Source: a virus
Lineage: Duplodnaviria > Caudoviricetes
Reading direction: 5' to 3' (one strand)
IMG/VR virus record: IMGVR_UViG_3300037461_000646
Span: 1-64,000 of that record
DNA: 64,000 nucleotides
The notes beneath the pieces were generated by a model that was given only the letters and a program-made list of their open reading frames with translations, was not told the origin of the DNA and made no database searches. Made by a program: the position numbers and the translations under genes. Below, piece after piece: positions 17,862 through 25,146 of this stretch; position 1 is the stretch's first letter; the number at the start of each line of letters is the position of its first letter.

Positions 17862-18664
17862 AAACCGCTTTGTGCATTGGCATTAACGATTACCCCGGCA
17901 CAGATTCTGATCTTTATGGCTGTGTGAACGACTGCTTTGATTGGTCTTCTGTTTTCAAAAACCATGGGTTTGTAATCCACAACAACTTGACAGACAAACT
18001 GGCTACGAGAGAAAACATTCTGCGAAATATCAAAGAGGTTATCGAAAAGACCCCTGAGAACGGCAGCATCGTCATACAATACTCTGGTCACGGTACTTTC
18101 ATACCCGATTTGGACGGTGATGAGGCAGATGGGGTTGATGAATGCTGGTGCCCTCATGACATCATGACCAATGGGCCGATCATCGATGATGAGCTTTTCA
18201 GGCTGTTCAAGCAAAAGAAGAAGGGGGTGAAGCTGGTTCTCATCTCTGATTCGTGTCATTCTGGCACCGTCATGAGATTTTCTCCATTTATGATGTCTCA
18301 AATGACACGAAGGGTAAAGTTTCTACCCCCGACCACGTTCATGTCACTCAAGAACCTTGCCAGTTTGCCTCCACATCGAATCAACTTTCGTCAGAGTGGG
18401 TATGTTAAACTTCTCATATCTCAAACCCCTGCCCTGCTGTTGGCCGGTTGCCAAGACACCGAGTACAGCTATGATGCTTGGTTCGGCAATAGGGCGAATG
18501 GGGCGTTCACTTACTTTTCGATAGATCGCCTGAAGGCAATCAAGCCCAAGACCTACACCGAATGGTACAGTGCCATTCGGTCTATCTTGCCTTCAGTTCA
18601 CCACCCACAGACCCCCAACATTGTCGGTTCTGAAGAACAATGCAATTGGGGGATTTTCTCGTAA
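17858..18664 (+). CDS. Metacaspase / caspase-family (C14) peptidase
   Basis: ALCIGINDY..LYGCVND; catalytic His in YSGHG; catalytic Cys in SDSCHSG; AGCQD.EYSYD; GAFT. Confidence 0.92.
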   Translation: MKTALCIGINDYPGTDSDLYGCVNDCFDWSSVFKNHGFVIHNNLTDKLATRENILRNIKEVIEKTPENGSIVIQYSGHGTFIPDLDGDEADGVDECWCPHDIMTNGPIIDDELFRLFKQKKKGVKLVLISDSCHSGTVMRFSPFMMSQMTRRVKFLPPTTFMSLKNLASLPPHRINFRQSGYVKLLISQTPALLLAGCQDTEYSYDAWFGNRANGAFTYFSIDRLKAIKPKTYTEWYSAIRSILPSVHHPQTPNIVGSEEQCNWGIFS

Positions 18665-18684
18665 GAAGGAGGGCACCACACACC

Positions 18685-18750
18685 ATGGCAAAAGGCAAAG
18701 GCAAACAAAACAAACCCAAGAAAGGCAAAGACAAAGGAGGTAAGTGTTAA
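18685..18750 (+). CDS. 21-aa Lys/Gly-rich micro-ORF (MAKGKGKQNKPKKGKDKGGKC)
   Basis: Upstream AAGGAGG; stop overlaps the next start as TAATG; below the ORF-track length cut-off. Confidence 0.55.
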   Translation: MAKGKGKQNKPKKGKDKGGKC

Positions 18751-18959
18751 TGGCAAAGAAGAGCATCTATCAACAGTTGGGTGAATTGGCCAACATGGTC
18801 AACAACCCCGAAATGGCAAAGTGGGCAGAGAAGTTCGACAAGGGTGAGCATGGGGCCAAGGCTTCTGCCACCCACATCAGGGTCAACTTGGCTGCGGTCA
18901 TGAAAGAGGCCAAGGCGATTCGGGCCGAGATTCAAGATCGTCGTGCCAAGATCAAGTAG
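18750..18959 (+). CDS. Histone H1-like (Hc1-type) small basic protein
   Basis: AEKFDKG..AKASATHIRVNL..VMKEAKAIRAEIQ resembles the Hc1-family helix hairpin. Confidence 0.6.
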   Translation: MAKKSIYQQLGELANMVNNPEMAKWAEKFDKGEHGAKASATHIRVNLAAVMKEAKAIRAEIQDRRAKIK

Positions 18960-18973
18960 ACGGTGAGAGGGGG

Positions 18974-19510
18974 GTGCTTTCCATGTTCAATTCTGCCTAC
19001 TTTAGAAAGCGTAGATACTTGGCGTGGAGAGCACCCATCATCTGCTCTGCCATCAAGCAGACCTTTCACCCAACATCGGTCATCGACTTTGGGTGTTCCA
19101 TTGGTGATCTGGTTCAAGGCTTCAACGACTTGTGCATCCCAAGCATAGGCATAGACAACTCCGAAGAACTATTTGACTGGGCAGAAGCTGAAACACCCAT
19201 TTTCATCAGCGACATAACCGAACCGCTACACACCCAAACCCAATTCGACTTGGCTTTGTGTATTGAAGTTTTGAGATTTATCCCATTGCACAAGCTTGAG
19301 GGCTTGGCAAATAACATATTTGGTCATTCCACACGAGTTCTGATCGGCTATGGTGGGGAAGACAAAAAACTGATAACCGAAACCTTTGAAAGCTTCGGTT
19401 TCGTTCAAGACCGGCGAATGATCACCGAACTCAAAAAACACTTAGAAGCATGGAAGAGCAAACCGGCAATCAAAGCCCTCTATTATGGTGGGATATATTT
19501 CACATGCTGA
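18974..19510 (+). CDS. Class I SAM-dependent methyltransferase
   Basis: VIDFGCSIG, FDLALCIEV; paralog of 40955..41554. Confidence 0.8.
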   Translation: MLSMFNSAYFRKRRYLAWRAPIICSAIKQTFHPTSVIDFGCSIGDLVQGFNDLCIPSIGIDNSEELFDWAEAETPIFISDITEPLHTQTQFDLALCIEVLRFIPLHKLEGLANNIFGHSTRVLIGYGGEDKKLITETFESFGFVQDRRMITELKKHLEAWKSKPAIKALYYGGIYFTC

Positions 19511-20562
19511 AAAAACTCGTCATCGAAAATTTTCAATCTCACGAAAAGACCGAACTGAATCTTGACGCTGGGGTGAATGTCATCACAGGGGTTTCTCAAA
19601 GTGGTAAGACAGCCATCTTGAGGGCCTTGTACTGGCTGCTGCACAACCGCCCATCGGGGGATAGAATCAGAAGCACCTTTGCCAAGGGTGCCACAAAGGT
19701 CATGATCGAAACCGCAGAGGGGGACCGCATTTGGCATGTCAAAGACGAAAAGATAAATTCGTATGCCATCAACGATTCGGTCTTCGATAAGATTGGTAGA
19801 GACATACCCGACATGGTTCAAAGAGCCTTGCGGGTGTCTGAACTGAATGTGCAGAAACAGTTGGATGAACCCTTCTTAGTCACATCATCTGCCGGTGAGG
19901 TTGCCAAGACCATCAACCGCATCACCCGGCTTGAAATGGTCGATAACTGGGTTTCTGACCTGACATCTTCAATTAATTCCATCAACCGTGAAAAAGACCG
20001 ATTAGAAGCTGAGATTGAAGCTTCTGGCGAAAAGATAAAATCATATCGGGTACTTGTAGACCTTCAGCCCCTGCTTGACAGGGGCAAAAAAATCAATGAC
20101 CGAATAGGGGAATTGAGTGAATTAAAAAGTAAAATCACATACTTAGTATCTGACATAGATGATAAATCAGGGGACTTCATCAAGTTCAATTCAGTAGTCT
20201 CTGGTTTAAAGGATATTTTAGACAAGCTGAACTTAGTCACTGACCAAGCTGAACAACTCTCTGAGAGGGCCAAGGTTGCACGATCTGCTCTAAAGGCGTA
20301 CCAGACAGCCCAACGGCTTAAATCTGCCCTACAACCAATCGAGAAGTTGGTTCTTCTTGAAGACCAAAGGGTTTCTCTGGCCCAAAAATCGAAAATCATC
20401 ACCCAAACCCTAAATCAATACAAATTTTACATGACAGCCCAAACCTTTCTTGACAAATGCAAGCAGCAACTGAAGCAAGGACTGCACCAATTCAAACAAT
20501 GCCCCACCTGTATGCAGCCCATCACCGATAAGGTCATCGACAAAATCATGGGGGAATCATGA
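19504..20562 (+). CDS. sbcC: SbcC/Rad50-like ATPase, N-terminal half
   Basis: LVIENFQSH, Walker A GVSQSGKT, Q-loop QKQLD, coiled coil, zinc hook CPTC at the end. Confidence 0.85.
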   Translation: MLKKLVIENFQSHEKTELNLDAGVNVITGVSQSGKTAILRALYWLLHNRPSGDRIRSTFAKGATKVMIETAEGDRIWHVKDEKINSYAINDSVFDKIGRDIPDMVQRALRVSELNVQKQLDEPFLVTSSAGEVAKTINRITRLEMVDNWVSDLTSSINSINREKDRLEAEIEASGEKIKSYRVLVDLQPLLDRGKKINDRIGELSELKSKITYLVSDIDDKSGDFIKFNSVVSGLKDILDKLNLVTDQAEQLSERAKVARSALKAYQTAQRLKSALQPIEKLVLLEDQRVSLAQKSKIITQTLNQYKFYMTAQTFLDKCKQQLKQGLHQFKQCPTCMQPITDKVIDKIMGES

Positions 20563-21113
20563 AAAAGCTCAGAAGAATTGTTTTGTTTAATTTCAAACCG
20601 TCAAATGTAAAAAATGTAAAAATTCTGAAAACCCTCTATTTAGATTATTTACGATTTGACCCATTGTGGCATTTCTTTTGGGAAGGCAATGTCACCTACT
20701 TGCGAGTCACAAACAAACCAGACCTTGTAGTTTTGTTGAGGCAACTTGACCACCACAAAGTCAAATTTGCTGTTGACGAAAAAGATTGGGAAGATAACAT
20801 ACCCATAACCAGAGAGTACCAAGATGCTTTCATTCACATTTTTCACGGCTTTTCAATTTTGGCTATGACTCTTACTTTAAAGAAAATCAAGAAAAGTGAA
20901 AAATTAGATCACATTCTAAGAGTGCTTGAACGTACCCAACATTGTTTTTTGAATAATATAGCTCATGTAAAATATTCCATTGCCGACATGACCGCCAAAT
21001 TCTACACAGACCACGGTTTTTATGTTCATGAACCCTATATGCTTTTGTTGAGTATGTTAAAATCTGGACATTGGACAGGGTACTATAGAAAATCAATGGA
21101 GAAAAAGAAATGA
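20559..21113 (+). CDS. Hypothetical protein (184 aa, AT-rich)
   Basis: Coupled by ATGA overlaps on both sides. Confidence 0.65.
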   Translation: MKKLRRIVLFNFKPSNVKNVKILKTLYLDYLRFDPLWHFFWEGNVTYLRVTNKPDLVVLLRQLDHHKVKFAVDEKDWEDNIPITREYQDAFIHIFHGFSILAMTLTLKKIKKSEKLDHILRVLERTQHCFLNNIAHVKYSIADMTAKFYTDHGFYVHEPYMLLLSMLKSGHWTGYYRKSMEKKK

Positions 21114-22036
21114 AACTGATACTATTGTCAGACGTTCACCTGTCAAGCAAGATACCCATCGGTAGGTTGGATGATTACCGCAAGACTTGTCTCAGAAAGT
21201 TTGAGTACGTGCTGAAGTATGCCCAAAAAATAAACGCCATGATCTTGCAAGCGGGGGACTTGTTCGACAAGCCGAGAGATTGGTTCATTCTGTTGGATGT
21301 CATTGAACTTTTAAAAAAGTACCCCGTTCAGGTTGCTTGCGTCTATGGTCAGCACGACACTTATATGTATTCTGTTGAGAATCGTGAGTACACCTCCATG
21401 GGGGTGCTTGCCAAGAACAATCTGGTAAAGATTCTGAATCAATACCCTCACAGTCACGAAGACACATTCAATATAAATGGGGTCAGTTTCAACCCTGATT
21501 TTGAAATGCCCAAACTAATAAACAAGCACAAGCTCAACATTCTGGTTGCCCATGCCACCGTTTCAGACATTGCCCTGTACCCCGGCCAGCAGTTCTATGA
21601 TGCCAAGAAGTTCTTGCATGACAACAAAGCCTACGATCTGATTCTTTGTGCCGACATTCACCGGCATTTCTATTTCTCAGACAAAGGCCGGTATCTGGTC
21701 AACACCGGCCCCATGATGAGAAAGGAGGCCTCTCACTACAACTTCAGCCACGAACCCTGCTTCTACGTCTACGACACCGAAACCAAGAAGCTCTCAAGAG
21801 GCAAGATACCCCACAAACCGGCCAAGAGCGTTCTCAGCCGCAAGCACATCGAATCAAGCGTTGAATCAGACACCATGCTGCAAACCTTCATCGCCGCAGT
21901 ACGTGACGATAAGATGGAAGTCGGTGCCAACTTAGTTGACAACATTCACACCTTTCTCAAGAAAAACAAAATCGATAAAACCGTCTGCAACATTCTTGAA
22001 GAGGTGATGAGCCGGTACGATAAGGAGGTAGAGTGA
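21110..22036 (+). CDS. sbcD: SbcD/Mre11-like metallophosphoesterase nuclease
   Basis: SDVH, AGDLFD, YGQHD, AH, ADIH, VNTG. Confidence 0.9.
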   Translation: MKLILLSDVHLSSKIPIGRLDDYRKTCLRKFEYVLKYAQKINAMILQAGDLFDKPRDWFILLDVIELLKKYPVQVACVYGQHDTYMYSVENREYTSMGVLAKNNLVKILNQYPHSHEDTFNINGVSFNPDFEMPKLINKHKLNILVAHATVSDIALYPGQQFYDAKKFLHDNKAYDLILCADIHRHFYFSDKGRYLVNTGPMMRKEASHYNFSHEPCFYVYDTETKKLSRGKIPHKPAKSVLSRKHIESSVESDTMLQTFIAAVRDDKMEVGANLVDNIHTFLKKNKIDKTVCNILEEVMSRYDKEVE

Positions 22037-22257
22037 ACATTCAAGAACTCAAGAAACGCTACGAAGACACCAAGACCAAAGTGGCTGTGGCAGAAGCTGA
22101 ATACAACCGCCTCATGAAAGAGCTTCATGCGCTGGGCATACCCGACCTGAAAGCAGCCGAGAAAGAGCTTGCCAAGATCGACAAAGAACTGTCGGCACTC
22201 GATTCGGAGCAGAGAACCTTGCTCAAGAAAGCAGAGGCAGCACTTGAATCTGACTGA
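22033..22257 (+). CDS. Small coiled-coil protein
   Basis: Heptad-rich 74 aa between sbcD and the SbcC C-half. Confidence 0.7.
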   Translation: MNIQELKKRYEDTKTKVAVAEAEYNRLMKELHALGIPDLKAAEKELAKIDKELSALDSEQRTLLKKAEAALESD

Positions 22258-22906
22258 GCTTGAAACCATCATCACCAAGAAGAAAGCCGAACGAGCTTTG
22301 CTCATCTCACAGCGAAAAGAGATGCAAGCCAAGGTCGAGCAGCTAAAGGCCGACTCAGAGAATTACACCAAGGCACGGTGGATACTCGCTGAGATAGCCA
22401 AAGAAACCCAAAAGAACTTTCAGGTCAAGGTCGAATCGCTGGTCACATCTGCCATACGTGCGGTATTTGAAGAAAGGCCATTCCAATTCAAGCTCATCTT
22501 TGAACAGAAGCGCAACAAGTTTGAGTGCAAGCCCGTAGTGGTTGAGGGCGACAACGAGTACGAACCCAAAGATGAATTGGGTGGGGGCATCATCGACCTG
22601 ATCAGCTTTGCGTTCAGGGTTGTACTCTGGCACCTTGAGAACCCCAGAAGCCGAAATGTCTTTGTGTTGGATGAACCCATGAAGTTCGTCGGCAAGGGTG
22701 ATCTTCTCATGAGGGCTGGCCGAATGATAAAAGAAATCAGTCACCGGCTGGGCTTTCAAATCATCATGGTCACACACGAGCCAGAGCTTGCAGAGATAGC
22801 AGACCGGGCATGGTCAGTCGATCATGACGGCATCAAGAGCCGCTTACGGTTAATCGTAGGTAATAAACCTGAAACCAAAGTGAAAAGGCTGGTGAAACGA
22901 AAATGA
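22244..22906 (+). CDS. sbcC: SbcC/Rad50-like ATPase, C-terminal half
   Basis: Signature LGGG, Walker B VFVLDEP, H-loop MVTHE; the TTG start at 22244 is inferred. Confidence 0.85.
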   Translation: MNLTELETIITKKKAERALLISQRKEMQAKVEQLKADSENYTKARWILAEIAKETQKNFQVKVESLVTSAIRAVFEERPFQFKLIFEQKRNKFECKPVVVEGDNEYEPKDELGGGIIDLISFAFRVVLWHLENPRSRNVFVLDEPMKFVGKGDLLMRAGRMIKEISHRLGFQIIMVTHEPELAEIADRAWSVDHDGIKSRLRLIVGNKPETKVKRLVKRK

Positions 22907-23097
22907 TACACAATGACGCGGGTGTGGACTTCATCGCTGAAATGAAACACGAAACCGAATACGCCTACTTGTTTTTTGATGGTTTGAACAAAATCTGGAT
23001 AGCAAAAAGCCAGATACTAAACATGACCCGAATAAAAGGCCGAGACTGGGAAATCAGCATACCCCGTTGGTTGGCCGAAGAGAAGGAGATAATATGA
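22903..23097 (+). CDS. Hypothetical protein (64 aa)
   Basis: ATGA-coupled; ..IWIAKSQI..ISIPRWLAEEK. Confidence 0.7.
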   Translation: MIHNDAGVDFIAEMKHETEYAYLFFDGLNKIWIAKSQILNMTRIKGRDWEISIPRWLAEEKEII

Positions 23098-23099
23098 GA

Positions 23100-23127
23100 A
23101 TAGGCCCGGTTGTTACACCGGGCCTAT
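23100..23127. terminator. Hairpin at the convergence of the two transcription blocks
   Basis: Perfect 11-bp stem ATAGGCCCGGT/ACCGGGCCTAT with a 6-nt loop. Confidence 0.65.
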
Positions 23128-23174
23128 CTGGGAGAAGGCAGCACAGATGAACCGCCTTCGGGGGGTGAGCCTTT

Positions 23175-23480
23175 TTATTTCTTTACCTCATCGGTCAACT
23201 GAATAATACCCTCACCGTTTGATTCTTTCACCACCATGATCTCTTTGATGATTCGTGCCAACTCATCGGTCTTGCGCTGACTGCCTGAACTCGTGCCGTA
23301 GTGAAACTGAAAAAGCGTGGTGAAGTTGATTATCCAGCATTGAACCACCATGGGCACAATGGTATCCATCATTTTTGAAGCCCACTCTTGGCCGAACTTC
23401 GCCGCCAGCAGACAGAGAATCGAAACGGCAATGAACCCTGCAATGCTCAGTACCGCAAGAATATCCCTCATAGCCCTCAC
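23175..23480 (-). CDS. Holin-like membrane protein
   Basis: Two hydrophobic segments; FHYGTSSGSQRKT motif typical of small phage membrane proteins. Confidence 0.6.
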   Translation of the reverse strand: MRAMRDILAVLSIAGFIAVSILCLLAAKFGQEWASKMMDTIVPMVVQCWIINFTTLFQFHYGTSSGSQRKTDELARIIKEIMVVKESNGEGIIQLTDEVKK

Positions 23481-23481
23481 C

Positions 23482-23940
23482 TCATTTCTTCGGCATCACG
23501 GCTTTGACAGCACTGACCCGAATGGATTTCTGACCTACCTTGCCAAAAGCGTAGCCAGCGACATAGCCTCTGGCAGCACGATCCCAATACTCAACGGGTA
23601 TGCCAGACAAACTAATCAAGGCCCCCGTGGTTGGGTCAATCGCCGCCCCCATGTTGATAAGAATAATTTGGAGACTACCCGCCAACTGTGGGTTTTCGAT
23701 CTTCAGCTTGGCAAAGGCTTCGGCCACTTCTTGAGGCGAAAGTGTGCCGGTTCGGGCCAGCTTGTAGGCATCGGCTATGGCAATGTCATCGGCATCGGTC
23801 TTGCTTTTGCCCACGTAGTAGCCCAAGTTGTAGCCCCCCAGTTCGATTGCCGTCAGCATGGCCTCATCTTGGTTGATCTGAAGTCCATTGCACCCTGCCA
23901 CAAACCCGACCAAACACAAAACGATCAAAAGCTTTTTCAT
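23482..23940 (-). CDS. Lipoprotein
   Basis: RBS AGGAGG; MKKLLIVLCLVGFVAGC lipobox. Confidence 0.75.
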   Translation of the reverse strand: MKKLLIVLCLVGFVAGCNGLQINQDEAMLTAIELGGYNLGYYVGKSKTDADDIAIADAYKLARTGTLSPQEVAEAFAKLKIENPQLAGSLQIILINMGAAIDPTTGALISLSGIPVEYWDRAARGYVAGYAFGKVGQKSIRVSAVKAVMPKK

Positions 23941-23951
23941 GGGAACACCTC

Positions 23952-24341
23952 CTATTTTGATTTTGCCCAACGGTTCACACGGGCATCGTACTCTAACAGC
24001 ACAGATTTGAATATGTGGTAGTTGAACGGTTTATACAGAATATCATCAAAGCCCGACTGCCGACATTCTACCAGAGAAAACAGGGTTGAAAAGCCGGTCA
24101 TGGCTATGCACACCATCATGGGGTCGGCACACCGAATTTTTCGGCAGAGAGTTAGACCATCCAGACCGGGTAGATGCAGATCAATTAGGCAGATGCGAAT
24201 GGTCTTGTACTTATCAAGGCACAGAAGAGCCTCAATCGCGTTTGAAGTCGATTTGAATTTGAATTTTAGGGGCCGGATAAAATCTTCTACAATTTCTCGT
24301 ATGCTATGTTCGTCTTCAACGATTAGTATTTGGCACATCAT
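23952..24341 (-). CDS. Single-domain response regulator (CheY-like receiver)
   Basis: ILIVEDE, phospho-acceptor in CLIDLHLPGLDG, AMTG, GFDDILYKPF; RBS GGAGGA. Confidence 0.92.
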   Translation of the reverse strand: MMCQILIVEDEHSIREIVEDFIRPLKFKFKSTSNAIEALLCLDKYKTIRICLIDLHLPGLDGLTLCRKIRCADPMMVCIAMTGFSTLFSLVECRQSGFDDILYKPFNYHIFKSVLLEYDARVNRWAKSK

Positions 24342-24708
24342 CTTCCTCCACTTTAAAGCGATTAGCTTTTCTCGTGGTTTTGATTGCCCTGACGGTAACA
24401 CAACCAATAATGGTCGAAAGAACCAATAGGTGAAACACAGCCCTAAGCACCCAAATAGGACTATCCATCAATGACCAGTACAATTCAATGTCATTGGTGT
24501 CTCTGAAGTACCGGGCAAGTGCATTAAAGAAATTGTAAATGGCTTCTGACAGCAACAGAATGGTAAAGTAGATATAAATCTCACTGGCTTGGCCTACCTT
24601 TTTCCACCACCAGAGAAATAAACAAAACCCGTAGAGGGCCACGATCACAATGGCAGAATAGACAAGAAAGCACGGGTCGGATAATATCTCACGAATCACT
24701 CTTACCAC
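24316..24708 (-). CDS. Multi-pass membrane protein
   Basis: About three hydrophobic segments and a basic C-terminus. Confidence 0.7.
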   Translation of the reverse strand: MVRVIREILSDPCFLVYSAIVIVALYGFCLFLWWWKKVGQASEIYIYFTILLLSEAIYNFFNALARYFRDTNDIELYWSLMDSPIWVLRAVFHLLVLSTIIGCVTVRAIKTTRKANRFKVEEDDVPNTNR

Positions 24709-24922
24709 ACTCCTCTATTATTCTCAAAGCACAGTTAGGGTCTTCTTTGACAACCTTCTTCATCCATGACTCATCCCCATCAAGAGTGGCACGAGTCAGA
24801 TTGGTGATGCGAATGTCATACTCATGACGTTCCTTCTCAAGTTTTTCAATTGTGTTGACAATCTCTTGATGTGTAAAAGTAGATACTATCGTTTTGGTTA
24901 TTCTTGAGATTACTCCACTCAT
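24689..24922 (-). CDS. Hypothetical protein (77 aa)
   Basis: Coupled ORF; ..ATLDGDESW. Confidence 0.65.
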   Translation of the reverse strand: MSGVISRITKTIVSTFTHQEIVNTIEKLEKERHEYDIRITNLTRATLDGDESWMKKVVKEDPNCALRIIEECGKSDS

Positions 24923-24924
24923 GG

Positions 24925-25146
24925 CTACTCACCCCCTCTTTGTTTTTCTTTGTCGTAAATTAACAGTTCAAGCAATGTGATGAGCTTACCATACCGTTCT
25001 GAATCCCCCTTTGAGACTTCAACCATGCGCTGAAGCACCAAGTCTTTGTTTCTGAGAAGTCGGTACAACAGCAATACGACAATCAACAACGCCACGATAG
25101 CAGGGTTGATCTTGAAGGCTTCTAGTATGTGATCTGATTCAATCAT
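24925..25146 (-). CDS. Small single-TM membrane protein (holin-like)
   Basis: One TM segment followed by a charged helix. Confidence 0.6.
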   Translation of the reverse strand: MIESDHILEAFKINPAIVALLIVVLLLYRLLRNKDLVLQRMVEVSKGDSERYGKLITLLELLIYDKEKQRGGE

